Of a DNA stretch of 64,000 bases, positions 29,119 to 38,225 are shown piece after piece. Source of the DNA: a virus. Below the pieces are notes generated by a model, which saw only the letters and a program-made list of their open reading frames with translations, had not been told where the DNA came from and did not search any database. The translations under genes were made by a program, and so were the position numbers. Where the stretch lies: positions 45,014 to 109,013 of IMG/VR virus record IMGVR_UViG_3300027833_001604. One strand, written 5' to 3'. How positions within the stretch are numbered: the stretch's first letter is position 1; each line of letters opens with the position of its first letter.

Positions 29119-29778
29119 TTAGTTCTCCGGGATTTTACAAGTTGCGATGTAGACATCGTTCCAATTGTTGTCCATGTATTTAGCCTCTGATTTATCAAAG
29201 CCTTTTATATCTTTAAATGTAGTTTCTGGATTATACAGTTGCCATTGCATATCTTTACGCATTGCAAAGTCTGTTATCTTTGCATTTTCGTTCCAAATAT
29301 GTTTACGCATGTTATTATAGTCTGTGTAGCCTGGACGATAGTCTGGATAATGTCCTTCACTAAAGTCCATTACTTCACTCCACCATGCAAAGCTCTTTTG
29401 ATTTTCTCTATAACACAACACAATATAATCACCCGGAAAGTGATTATACAAATAGTCTAAGTTGAAGTGTCTTGCAAAGAAGTGACTTTTAATTACACGT
29501 GGGCCTTTACCAGAGAATACATTATCAATATCGTCTTGTAGTTTGTGAGGTTCAACAAAATTGAAGTCTACCCAGTCTTCGCCACAACCCATACCAGGAC
29601 CCCAATAGCTACCACGGTGGCCATTGTTTGTGTCTGTTGGGTTTCTGGGTCTATGGTATTGTGTTCTGTCAGGTGTCTCGTCTGTAGTGTCTGCTCCTAC
29701 AACTTTACGAAGTTGAAGATCTATTCCACTCCATTTACTACCTGGAACTCCTGCAAACCATATATTTGTATTATTCAT
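29119..29778 (-). CDS. sulfotransferase-like P-loop protein
   Basis: GVPGSKWS (5'-PSB-like), IKSH, FPGDYIVLCYR. Confidence 0.55.
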   Translation of the reverse strand: MNNTNIWFAGVPGSKWSGIDLQLRKVVGADTTDETPDRTQYHRPRNPTDTNNGHRGSYWGPGMGCGEDWVDFNFVEPHKLQDDIDNVFSGKGPRVIKSHFFARHFNLDYLYNHFPGDYIVLCYRENQKSFAWWSEVMDFSEGHYPDYRPGYTDYNNMRKHIWNENAKITDFAMRKDMQWQLYNPETTFKDIKGFDKSEAKYMDNNWNDVYIATCKIPEN

Positions 29779-29823
29779 TATGCACCTTCCAATCTAGGAA
29801 AAGAGGACCTAAGCCCTCTTTGT

Positions 29824-30138
29824 CTATTTAAAATACTTTCCTAGAAATCCGCCTACGCCATTTAATACATCTGACTTAACTCGTTCAAAATCAATCTTAA
29901 CTTGAATATCTTTAATGTCGTCTTGCATAATATGATTAACGACATCTTGTCCTGATTTTTCAATTCTTGCAAGATCTTCTTTTGTCATAGTTAACTGTTT
30001 ACCATCAACTAAATCAATGATGATTTCCAGTATGTATTCCGCTGGCACATGATCTAGTGAAACCTGATCGAATATTATGTCAAACGATCTATCTTTACGC
30101 TCTATTGGCATCCCACTAATCCTCTTATAAAATGACAT
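29824..30138 (-). CDS. hypothetical protein
   Basis: ORF. Confidence 0.7.
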   Translation of the reverse strand: MSFYKRISGMPIERKDRSFDIIFDQVSLDHVPAEYILEIIIDLVDGKQLTMTKEDLARIEKSGQDVVNHIMQDDIKDIQVKIDFERVKSDVLNGVGGFLGKYFK

Positions 30139-30166
30139 TACTTAGTGGTATTTACCACGTTTTGGT

Positions 30167-30769
30167 TTATTCAGCAGTTACTTTAGCTGGTCTTCCACGT
30201 TTTGGTTTTAGTGAAGGATCTAAATCATATGCTTGTGCTTTTAAAGTTTCTGCTTCAGCTAAAAACCCTTCAGCTTGTGCTAGCATATTCTTTGCAAGAT
30301 CTCCATCTGCCATAACAGGTGCATCTGCTTGAGCACCCATTGGTGGAACATCACCTAAGTCACGTGCTGCTGGTTGGATTTGTGTATTATCAGGTGATAC
30401 AACTGGCTTCCCATCAGTATCTTCTCTAATAATGTCATTCAGTTCTTTTAAGTTAACTGACACACTATTATTAGGAGTCATTGCTACATTCTCTGTTGGG
30501 TGCTTATTTAAACGCCCAGCGCCATGTAATGTTTGTAACATATTAGTTCCATCAGTAAAGACGGTTCTTTCAGCATACTCATAAAAGTTTGCACTTGATT
30601 GTGCTCCAGGTGCCTCAACTGCTTTCATTAGATCATCATGCATCCAATCTGGACATGCATCTGTATCTACTACTAAGCAATGTGATGGATCATCTGGTAG
30701 TTCACGGAAGACTACAATACACTTTTTCTGTGTATTAATAATCTGCCCTACGTGTTTTATATTTGCCAT
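30167..30769 (-). CDS. phage hypothetical protein with AT-hook-like C-terminus
   Basis: KHVG...VVFRE; ends PKRGRP. Confidence 0.8.
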   Translation of the reverse strand: MANIKHVGQIINTQKKCIVVFRELPDDPSHCLVVDTDACPDWMHDDLMKAVEAPGAQSSANFYEYAERTVFTDGTNMLQTLHGAGRLNKHPTENVAMTPNNSVSVNLKELNDIIREDTDGKPVVSPDNTQIQPAARDLGDVPPMGAQADAPVMADGDLAKNMLAQAEGFLAEAETLKAQAYDLDPSLKPKRGRPAKVTAE

Positions 30770-30772
30770 AAT

Positions 30773-30997
30773 TTACTTCTCCTCAGTTGTCTCTTCTACA
30801 ACTTCTTCTGGTGTATTAGCCTTAACAAAGGCTACTAGTTTTTCAAAGCATGCGCCAACTTGGCTCGCTTCTGCGGCTTTGAATGCCCCTCGCTGTGTCG
30901 CAAGATCGATAATATTGCAGGCTACTACGATATCTGCAATTTGAATTTGTGCTGATACTACTGCATCTTCTACTTTTGGTGTTTCTTTTTTGCTCAT
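30773..30997 (-). CDS. hypothetical protein
   Basis: GAGGAG RBS; IIDLATQRGAFKA; upstream GATAAATA at 31039-31046. Confidence 0.8.
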   Translation of the reverse strand: MSKKETPKVEDAVVSAQIQIADIVVACNIIDLATQRGAFKAAEASQVGACFEKLVAFVKANTPEEVVEETTEEK

Positions 30998-31046
30998 TTG
31001 TTATTCTCCTCGAGTTAAAAATAATTATATACTATGTTTATTTATC

Positions 31047-31343
31047 CTACGCTGATGCGAGTTTATTTAACATAAGTTTTTTCTCAAATTTATCTAAGTC
31101 TTTTAATGACTCAAACCATATTTGAAATACCATATTGGACTTGTCGACGGGCCTAATATGGTAGAACGCCCTTACTTCTTCTGTTAACCCGTCCCAATCA
31201 ATCGATGTTTTGGGATCGTTAGCAACAAGTAATACCCTGTTACGCATCATGTTAACGATGATGTCAGTGTCTGATAAAAGTTGTAAATCACTTTCACTTA
31301 GACTACCACTGTTCTTTATTAACTTTAAGTTACTACTGTTCAT
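31047..31343 (-). CDS. hypothetical protein
   Basis: Probable start MNSSNL overlapping the upstream stop. Confidence 0.65.
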   Translation of the reverse strand: MNSSNLKLIKNSGSLSESDLQLLSDTDIIVNMMRNRVLLVANDPKTSIDWDGLTEEVRAFYHIRPVDKSNMVFQIWFESLKDLDKFEKKLMLNKLASA

Positions 31344-32565
31344 AATGTATAGTAACTCCAAATGGTGCTTCAATCTTTCTTTGTTTATCACCGTGAATAA
31401 CATGTAGCACATCACAGTAATCTGGGTTACCCCAACTACCCCAAGGATAGCCGTCTGTAAACATTACCATTTGATCTGGTTCAATTCCTTCTTGTGCCAT
31501 GTAGTTATACACAACTTCAAAGTCTGTTCCACCACCACCTGTGATTTCGTATTCGTTCATTGAACGCCCATCATCACTAGTAAAAGTGTCTGGAGCATAT
31601 ACATTTGTATCAAATTGTGCAATATGAATCTTGTAACTTTGATACTGGTCCATAATGCCTTGCACTTCACTTAAGAAATCACGTAGCATATCTTTACTAA
31701 TACTTCCACTTGTGTCTAAAAATACTGCAATATTTAGTTCTTCGTCTTTGTTCATACCTGGAAAAATAACTTCTCCTGAACGTTTGCTAGGACGCATAAA
31801 TGTAAAGTCACTACGTAGACTACTTTCTAATTGTGTTCTAAGAACATCACGCCAATCCATACGAGGTGAAATAAGTTCACTAATCATACGCTTAACTGAT
31901 TCAGGAACATCAGGTCCAGCACTTTGAGCCGCTTGTATTACAGCCTGTTTAATTTCGTCCTTGAGTGCTTTCTTTTCTTCTTCTGACATTTGAACTTTTT
32001 GATTACCACCTTGTCCACCTTGTCCATCAGCATCATCATTTGAATCGCCAACTTCTAAGTGAACATCCATGCCACCACTTTGTCCAGCACCATCTTCAAT
32101 TAGTTTATCATAAATCTCATAAGAGTTTAGTCCACGGTATTTCCAGTCTAAACACATTTGTCCACCATCAAGTGATTCTTGCTTAATTGGTTCACCAATA
32201 TGATGTTCAACTAGTGTCATGTTAATGTTATAGTCAGCTGCTGCATTGTATACCATTTTGTCACGTTCTCCACGTGCTTCCATATGATCATATACAACAT
32301 GCAATACCTCATGTCCAACTAAAAAGTCAAGTTCTGGATCTGACAAACGATTAATAAAATCTATGTTATATAAAAACCTACGACCATCAGTTGCGGCAGT
32401 AGGAATATAATCACTAGCATCTTCAATTCGTAAACGTGTTGCTAGTTGTCCAAAGAAAGGCTTAGTAAGTAATAGTCTAACACGTGATTGTGTAATACGT
32501 TCTACTGCTGATTTTTGCATTTCTGTAATCTCCGTAGCTTGTGTTTTTTCAATTGTTTCTAACAT
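31333..32565 (-). CDS. metallopeptidase plus vWA domain protein (DUF2201 type)
   Basis: TAATDG, HEVLH, DTSGS MIDAS, GGGGTDF, FTDG. Confidence 0.9.
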   Translation of the reverse strand: MLETIEKTQATEITEMQKSAVERITQSRVRLLLTKPFFGQLATRLRIEDASDYIPTAATDGRRFLYNIDFINRLSDPELDFLVGHEVLHVVYDHMEARGERDKMVYNAAADYNINMTLVEHHIGEPIKQESLDGGQMCLDWKYRGLNSYEIYDKLIEDGAGQSGGMDVHLEVGDSNDDADGQGGQGGNQKVQMSEEEKKALKDEIKQAVIQAAQSAGPDVPESVKRMISELISPRMDWRDVLRTQLESSLRSDFTFMRPSKRSGEVIFPGMNKDEELNIAVFLDTSGSISKDMLRDFLSEVQGIMDQYQSYKIHIAQFDTNVYAPDTFTSDDGRSMNEYEITGGGGTDFEVVYNYMAQEGIEPDQMVMFTDGYPWGSWGNPDYCDVLHVIHGDKQRKIEAPFGVTIHYEQ

Positions 32566-32574
32566 TATAGTAGT

Positions 32575-32603
32575 ATTATAGCATTTATGGTTGTTATAGT
32601 CAA
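32575..32603 (-). promoter_or_regulatory. sigma70-type promoter (near-leaderless)
   Basis: TTGACT-17bp-TATAAT, 9 nt before the ATG. Confidence 0.75.
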
Positions 32604-32610
32604 CCTTTAA

Positions 32611-32940
32611 TTAATGTGAAAGCCTAAAAAGCATAGCTTCTTCTGGGTTTTTAAAGTAAACTGCATGTGAATCATCTGGATTAGCATATTTTTTAATTAT
32701 AAAATCTTGGTGATAACAGTTTGTTCTACACCATCTTGTGGCTTTATCTAACTGGCCTCTAATAGTAATTTCAGTTGCATTTTTGCGCCATTTTATTTTG
32801 TATTCGGATATATCTGCTGGAATGGCGTCTTTAAAATCTAATCCGTATAAACGAATGTTTGTCCTTTCTCGAGGTGAGTAAAGGGAGAGGTCAACTGTCT
32901 CTCCCTCCCTCAGCTTGGGCGTAATGTATGTATTACGCAT
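32611..32940 (-). CDS. hypothetical protein
   Basis: WC...F..PEEAMLFRL phage-like motif; start uncertain. Confidence 0.6.
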   Translation of the reverse strand: MRNTYITPKLREGETVDLSLYSPRERTNIRLYGLDFKDAIPADISEYKIKWRKNATEITIRGQLDKATRWCRTNCYHQDFIIKKYANPDDSHAVYFKNPEEAMLFRLSH

Positions 32941-34042
32941 CAAGCACCAAACGTCCGTACCTTGAGAAATACTCCTCAAAACGTTCGATTTTGTCTTGCT
33001 TAGGCACTAGTTTATATTGTTGCATTGCAACTCTACTAGCCATGATAACCATTTCAGTTTCAAAGTTATCCATCATAAACCCAAGCATGTTACTAAAGCT
33101 CTTGTGATAGTTGTCCATCTTACCTGACTTCTCACCATTAATACTACGATCACGTAGTTCATAACACATTGAAGTAGCTAGTGCATACTTGGCACTAATT
33201 TCTGTAGACTTCATTGTCTTAACTTTACCATCCAATACTTCAACTGGATCTGGTAAGTCACCTGCAATCTTACGGTGTGCCATAAACTTAACAGCAACTC
33301 CTTCGCCAACACAACCTGCAACCAAATCTGTTTGCAAGCCTTCTGCAAGGTCATCTGCATCTTCAATTAGTTCTGAAGTAAATGTCCATGCACGTGGTGT
33401 AGCAAATCCACGTGAACTTGACGCTGGATCAAAGTTGTAAAGATCGCCTTTAGCGAATGAAAGGTAACCAACAACATCTGCGTCTACCTTATTCATTACA
33501 GCCCATGACAACCAATCTTGGAAATCAACACGTAGTTCAAAGTGAACAAAGCGATTCTCAAGTGGCTTAGGCATTCTGTAAGTAACACCTTTGTCAGTTT
33601 CTCTATTACCTGCGGCAATCATTACTACATTGTCTGGTAGCTTGTATTGTCCAATGCGTCGATTAAGAATCAACTGATAACCTGCAGCTTGCACACTAGG
33701 GGCTGCTGAGTTCATCTCGTCTAGGAATACAATAACTGTATCGTATTGTGCGGCAAGTTCTTCACTTGGCAAGTCTGCTGGTGGTAGCCATTGCATAACA
33801 CCTGTTTCCATATTTGGCACAGGATAACCACGCAAATCAGTTGGCTCAAACAATGCAAGACGCATGTCAATAACATGTGTTTTACCAAGTGCACCTGAGT
33901 CACCAATTTGTTTAACTAGTTCTGATTTTCCAATTCCTGGAGGACCCCATAAAAACACAGGACGCTTCTTTTTAAAAGCTCGTGTAATAAGGGTAGTTGC
34001 TTCACTAATCTTAACGGTACGTGTTTCTGATATAGTTGACAT
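32933..34042 (-). CDS. MoxR-like AAA+ ATPase
   Basis: GPPGIGKS Walker A, FLDEMN Walker B, AAGN, NRF, TPRAW. Confidence 0.9.
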   Translation of the reverse strand: MSTISETRTVKISEATTLITRAFKKKRPVFLWGPPGIGKSELVKQIGDSGALGKTHVIDMRLALFEPTDLRGYPVPNMETGVMQWLPPADLPSEELAAQYDTVIVFLDEMNSAAPSVQAAGYQLILNRRIGQYKLPDNVVMIAAGNRETDKGVTYRMPKPLENRFVHFELRVDFQDWLSWAVMNKVDADVVGYLSFAKGDLYNFDPASSSRGFATPRAWTFTSELIEDADDLAEGLQTDLVAGCVGEGVAVKFMAHRKIAGDLPDPVEVLDGKVKTMKSTEISAKYALATSMCYELRDRSINGEKSGKMDNYHKSFSNMLGFMMDNFETEMVIMASRVAMQQYKLVPKQDKIERFEEYFSRYGRLVLDA

Positions 34043-34076
34043 TTTTTACTTCCTTTATAGTTGACTTATGTTATAC

Positions 34077-34105
34077 ATGTTACAGTAAATATTTCTACTT
34101 GTCAA
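34077..34105 (-). promoter_or_regulatory. sigma70-type promoter
   Basis: TTGACA-17bp-TAACAT. Confidence 0.65.
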
Positions 34106-34109
34106 GTCT

Positions 34110-34268
34110 TTATTGACCCATTAAGTAAATTAAATTCCACCAAGTATACTGTTGGCTGTTTTCTACACCAAACATCCAAAGTGTATCAATCCATCCTAGA
34201 GCAAATAGTGTGATTAAAGTTCCACCAATTACGTCAGTTACTTTAAGGTCTTTAATTTCTTGTAACAT
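34110..34268 (-). CDS. small 52-aa membrane protein
   Basis: MLQEIKDLKVTDVIGGTLITLFALGW...; AAGGA RBS directly after the promoter. Confidence 0.65.
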   Translation of the reverse strand: MLQEIKDLKVTDVIGGTLITLFALGWIDTLWMFGVENSQQYTWWNLIYLMGQ

Positions 34269-34299
34269 GCTTTATTCCTTTTGTTTAACTTATACTACT

Positions 34300-34328
34300 A
34301 TTATACGGCAAGATGTCTTACTTGTCAA
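34300..34328 (-). promoter_or_regulatory. sigma70-type promoter with AAGACATCTT palindrome
   Basis: TTGACAAGTAAGACATCTTGCCGTATAAT, identical to 3316-3344. Confidence 0.9.
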
Positions 34329-34342
34329 CCTTTTTAGTCAAG

Positions 34343-34366
34343 AAAAAACCCTTGTATTACAAGGGT
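34343..34366 (-). terminator. intrinsic terminator
   Basis: ACCCTTG-TAATA-CAAGGGT followed by TTTTT on the minus strand. Confidence 0.75.
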
Positions 34367-34397
34367 ATGTAATTTTATTTGAATTTATTTTAGGGTA

Positions 34398-34715
34398 TTA
34401 AGTGTTAAATTTTGCAACTAACTTAGCTAAATCATCTGCTGTTGCCAATCTACTTGGTTTTGGAGCAGATGTATGCTGTTGTTGTTGATTTTTCTTTAAC
34501 TTAACTATAAAAGATCCTGTGTTCTGTCCATCTTGTTCAACTGCTACTGTCAATGGATTTCCGTTAACCCAGCCTTTGATTTCTTCTGACATTTTACCAT
34601 GTCCTGTAATTACAATAATCTTTTTAAATCCTTTTGCGTATGATAACTCAACATTATCATTAAATTGTTTCCATGCATCGTGGACTTTATATCCGTGTAA
34701 GTCTAATTTTCTCAT
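34398..34715 (-). CDS. Smr/MutS2 domain endonuclease-like protein
   Basis: KLDLHG, VITGHG, N.GSFIV. Confidence 0.85.
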   Translation of the reverse strand: MRKLDLHGYKVHDAWKQFNDNVELSYAKGFKKIIVITGHGKMSEEIKGWVNGNPLTVAVEQDGQNTGSFIVKLKKNQQQQHTSAPKPSRLATADDLAKLVAKFNT

Positions 34716-34936
34716 ATTTCTCTTTTGTTAAATTGTTTAAAAACTACACCGGTCTTTATTACAAATTCCATGCCGTGTGCGTTTCCAACATATACTCCGG
34801 TTTTAGTTCTACTAAACCAAAGTGGAACTCCATTGAGTAATACTCTAATGGAGTCTTTGTTAATGCCAACGATTGTTCCGTCAGCAGTGCTTTCGTGATC
34901 TGTGCAATAAACTTCTACTACATCATCTAATTTCAT
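34712..34936 (-). CDS. hypothetical protein
   Basis: Coupled ORF. Confidence 0.7.
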   Translation of the reverse strand: MKLDDVVEVYCTDHESTADGTIVGINKDSIRVLLNGVPLWFSRTKTGVYVGNAHGMEFVIKTGVVFKQFNKREI

Positions 34937-35595
34937 TTTGTTAACCAGTTAATATATACACTTTGATCTGGTCGTAGTGCATTTGCACGTTCATTAGTTG
35001 GGAATATTTTTTGTTTATTAGTTCTTGGATCAAGGTATGTAGTTGCTTCATTGTCGCTATATCCAATACCTAATAATACTGTAGGCTCAGTTGGATCTTC
35101 AACTCCAGGATTCAATATTGCTGCAATTTTCCTTTTGCTGCCTTCTATTTCGTTCATACAACCACAGTAGCCTGTGCTGAGTCCACGTGATGCTGCACTC
35201 CATACCATAAAGCTACTTGCAATACCTATTTCTAAGTTAGACATTCTATGAAAAAAGCCTTGTGCATGTGCTCCTTCATATTGAGTGTATTCTTCATCTT
35301 CAACAGGCGGTCTAGGCGTAAACGCTAACAACCATGGAGCCAAAGTCTGTGGATTACCAAAGTCTGTAGCTACAGTTCTTTCACTGTCGCGGTGTGTGTT
35401 TTCAAATATTGCATGCCTTGCCTCTGGATCGCTCCAGTCTAATATTTTAATAGTGTATGGCATTGTTGATTGTTTACTTGGCGCATGTTTGTGCAAGTCA
35501 TCTATCATAGATTGTATGGTTTCTTTTGTTACTTCTTTGTCGGCCCAAGCAAACGTTGTGCTTCGGTTTTCTAACATTTCATTCCACTGTGTCAT
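34933..35595 (-). CDS. nitroreductase family protein
   Basis: NRST, APSKQ, GLSTGYCG, LLGIGY. Confidence 0.8.
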   Translation of the reverse strand: MTQWNEMLENRSTTFAWADKEVTKETIQSMIDDLHKHAPSKQSTMPYTIKILDWSDPEARHAIFENTHRDSERTVATDFGNPQTLAPWLLAFTPRPPVEDEEYTQYEGAHAQGFFHRMSNLEIGIASSFMVWSAASRGLSTGYCGCMNEIEGSKRKIAAILNPGVEDPTEPTVLLGIGYSDNEATTYLDPRTNKQKIFPTNERANALRPDQSVYINWLTK

Positions 35596-35669
35596 TGTAG
35601 TTCTCCTTATATCGAACCTTATATTACACTCTCTAAATAAGTGTGCAATATTGTTATATTCTATAGTAT

Positions 35670-36002
35670 TTAGCCTTTTCCTTTAAGCCAACCCTCGGTT
35701 CCTGCTAATCTTGCCATAAAGGCATCTTTTTCGCTGAACAATACCATATCCTTTTTGTCTATATAATAAGGATGCTTCATTTTGCTTTGTAAATCCATTA
35801 GGTTTCCTGCTAGTTTTCCAGGTGTTTCAACTGTCCAACTTCTGCATTTCTTTTTTAATAGGTTGACACCTTTTTTTGTTAACCTAAGAGAGCTCGGCGT
35901 TTGAAATAAAAGTCTAGCACTATTACCTACTATTGTTACGTTGGGTAATAACTTTGCTAATATTTCATTTTGTATCGATTTGATCTCTGGTAACTTTTTC
36001 AC
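35670..36002 (-). CDS. hypothetical protein
   Basis: SLRLTKKG...PYYI; start uncertain. Confidence 0.65.
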   Translation of the reverse strand: MKKLPEIKSIQNEILAKLLPNVTIVGNSARLLFQTPSSLRLTKKGVNLLKKKCRSWTVETPGKLAGNLMDLQSKMKHPYYIDKKDMVLFSEKDAFMARLAGTEGWLKGKG

Positions 36003-36267
36003 CTTCTAATAACCTTACTACAGTAAATGATTCCGTATTGAATTTCTTATTCAATCTATCTGCTAAATTAAAAGCATGGCCACTGTTACTAAAGCTAACT
36101 TTTTTATACTTAGGTCCTGGATAGTTCACCAGTGTATTCATTGTTCTGAGGTTAATTGGTTTATTGTTATGGTAAACTGCATATATTGCCTGGGCGTCTA
36201 AGATTTGTTCTGTATTATAATTCTTATCAACTATTTCTAACATAATGTTTGGTTTAGGTCTTGCCAT
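35965..36267 (-). CDS. phage hypothetical protein
   Basis: MARPKP...GPKYKKVSFSNSGHA; upstream TATAAATA at 36291-36298. Confidence 0.8.
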   Translation of the reverse strand: MARPKPNIMLEIVDKNYNTEQILDAQAIYAVYHNNKPINLRTMNTLVNYPGPKYKKVSFSNSGHAFNLADRLNKKFNTESFTVVRLLEGEKVTRDQIDTK

Positions 36268-36322
36268 ATGATTTAATTCTCCGTTGTATGTATTTATACA
36301 ATTAGGCGAATTAAGTGCTGTT

Positions 36323-36706
36323 TTATTGATTAATTAACCTAAAATTGACTCCTGAGTAAATGTTACAGGTTATATTGTTTTCCTGGTTAACAATAACAAT
36401 ACTGAACTCTCCTGTATCGTCATTTAATGCCAAAACTATCTCACTAAACACTTCTGTTCCCATTGCTGCCGTGCCTTGTGCAATAGGCAGTTGTCCACGT
36501 TGGTAAAGTATAGCTTGAACCATAGCAGTATCTGTGCATGGCACATCTCTATTAATTCTATAGATTTGAGGTAGAGTAGGTTCTTCTGGTAGAGTTTCAA
36601 TTTGCTCTGCTGAAAGGGATAGTTCGTGTCCTGCTTTAGTATTTGATGCGAATACCATTAATGTGATAATCATTGCTATTGATACTAGTGTTCCTTTAAT
36701 TGTCAT
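36323..36706 (-). CDS. secreted hypothetical protein
   Basis: N-terminal signal peptide, two Cys. Confidence 0.7.
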   Translation of the reverse strand: MTIKGTLVSIAMIITLMVFASNTKAGHELSLSAEQIETLPEEPTLPQIYRINRDVPCTDTAMVQAILYQRGQLPIAQGTAAMGTEVFSEIVLALNDDTGEFSIVIVNQENNITCNIYSGVNFRLINQ

Positions 36707-37148
36707 CTTTTTTTGCCTTTTTTAATTGTAAGTTCATATCCCATTCTGTAAAGTATGGGCCTTGATATTCATATTTGTCTACTGTCTCTAATTTAGGACA
36801 ATATGCGTGTTGCCATCCCATGCCGTGATATCTTAGTATGTAGTAGCCTGCTGCATAAACAACTTTACCATTGTCTGTCTTACGAAACAATGGTAGTGTT
36901 TCATGCTCAACTGGTATTACTACACTACTATTAGTAGGATATCCGTTAAGTGATTGGCTTTCAGCTTTACTTTCTATGTTACGTTCTGCGGTTTTAAATC
37001 CATCTAACGTATCAAGTGTGGTTGTGCTTTTGTCACGTTGATCAAAGAATTCATATAAGTTGCCGTGTTTTCGTATAGTTCCTATTTTATTAGAACTAGC
37101 CTCCACAATCCAGAACTTATCTTTAACTAACTCTTTGGTTGTAAACAT
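36696..37148 (-). CDS. phage hypothetical protein
   Basis: MFTTKELVKDKFWIV...YAAGYY...CPKL. Confidence 0.75.
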   Translation of the reverse strand: MFTTKELVKDKFWIVEASSNKIGTIRKHGNLYEFFDQRDKSTTTLDTLDGFKTAERNIESKAESQSLNGYPTNSSVVIPVEHETLPLFRKTDNGKVVYAAGYYILRYHGMGWQHAYCPKLETVDKYEYQGPYFTEWDMNLQLKKAKKDDN

Positions 37149-37153
37149 TTTAT

Positions 37154-37492
37154 TTACAGACTCTTGTGTGTGTTGTCGCAAATTGGATGTTCATTACTTT
37201 TCCCACACCAACATGCACTTCCTACTCGTTTAACTTCAGTGATATTTGCCATACGAAAACTTCTAAAGCCATTAGCTTTTGTATCCCATACACTCATTAC
37301 TTCTTCGTTAATCTTACGAATCTTTTCTTGTGTCATTGGTTCTTTTTTAGTAGCAGGTGGCAATACACTTATACTAAGTGTGCAATTCATAACACGCTGA
37401 TCGCCATTAATTTTATTAAATGTAACTTCCATAATGTTATTTTTTAGTTTACGCTCTAACTCATCACGTTCAATAATTAACTCAGATGACAT
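37154..37492 (-). CDS. WYL-like (T4 DUF2693-type) domain fused to CDGSH [2Fe-2S] motif
   Basis: VTFNKINGDQRVMNCTL...WD....GFRSFR plus C-terminal CWCGKSNEHPICDNTH. Confidence 0.7.
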   Translation of the reverse strand: MSSELIIERDELERKLKNNIMEVTFNKINGDQRVMNCTLSISVLPPATKKEPMTQEKIRKINEEVMSVWDTKANGFRSFRMANITEVKRVGSACWCGKSNEHPICDNTHKSL

Positions 37493-37664
37493 GTCCTGCC
37501 TCCCTAATTCTACGTTTCCATGCACCACCTTGTTTTTGCTCTTCGAGCTGTAGCCTAACCCATTGTAGTGTTGGCTCCTTGATGTGTGGTTCGATGGTAG
37601 GGTTAACTTCCATTGATTGGATTAGTTGTGAAATTTGTGTTTCTGTTAAACCATTTAATGTCAT
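37482..37664 (-). CDS. hypothetical protein
   Basis: GAGGA RBS. Confidence 0.6.
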   Translation of the reverse strand: MTLNGLTETQISQLIQSMEVNPTIEPHIKEPTLQWVRLQLEEQKQGGAWKRRIREAGHVI

Positions 37665-37679
37665 ATTATTATCCTCTTG

Positions 37680-38222
37680 TTAAAGTATGTGTGCATGTTC
37701 CAATGCTTCATAGCCAAACCATGCAGCAAAAATTAAGAAAGCATATCGTGTTATTGTAAATAGCTCTCTGGTGTGTTTATATTTTTCTAATACCTTGTAT
37801 AATGACGCTACTACAATTACTGCAATACCGGCACCTGTCCAACTTACTTGCTCACTTGGTGAGAACATGAATGTAAATATTTCCATGCTTTCTCTAAAGA
37901 ATATAAACCATACAGTAAACATTCCTGCCCAAAATGTAGCAGTATTATCTGCAATTGCTTGAACATGTCCTTTGATATGTGCTGGTAAATTATTACTTGT
38001 AAAAAACAAGTAAAGCATTAATCCACTTAATATGGCATACATTGCCACTTCGTAGTCTTCTAGGAATTCACCTAGTAGCATTCCACCTGCTAGTCCACTT
38101 ACTAGACCAATTGCTCCTGCTGAAATCATTTTTTTATTTACTGATACTGTTGCTGTAATCATAAACAGTAAAAACATCATTTCGAGAGCTTCTCGCCCTA
38201 CATATACAAAACTTGCTAACAT
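37680..38222 (-). CDS. FTR1/EfeU-type iron permease (compact)
   Basis: Two RExxE motifs (REALE, RESME) in a multi-TM protein. Confidence 0.8.
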   Translation of the reverse strand: MLASFVYVGREALEMMFLLFMITATVSVNKKMISAGAIGLVSGLAGGMLLGEFLEDYEVAMYAILSGLMLYLFFTSNNLPAHIKGHVQAIADNTATFWAGMFTVWFIFFRESMEIFTFMFSPSEQVSWTGAGIAVIVVASLYKVLEKYKHTRELFTITRYAFLIFAAWFGYEALEHAHIL

Positions 38223-38225
38223 ATA

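Noticed and set aside
4443-29778. Classical RiPP or NRPS/PKS cluster
   Set aside because: No recognisable precursor peptide, RRE/PqqD domain, peptidase-transporter or carrier protein is visible.
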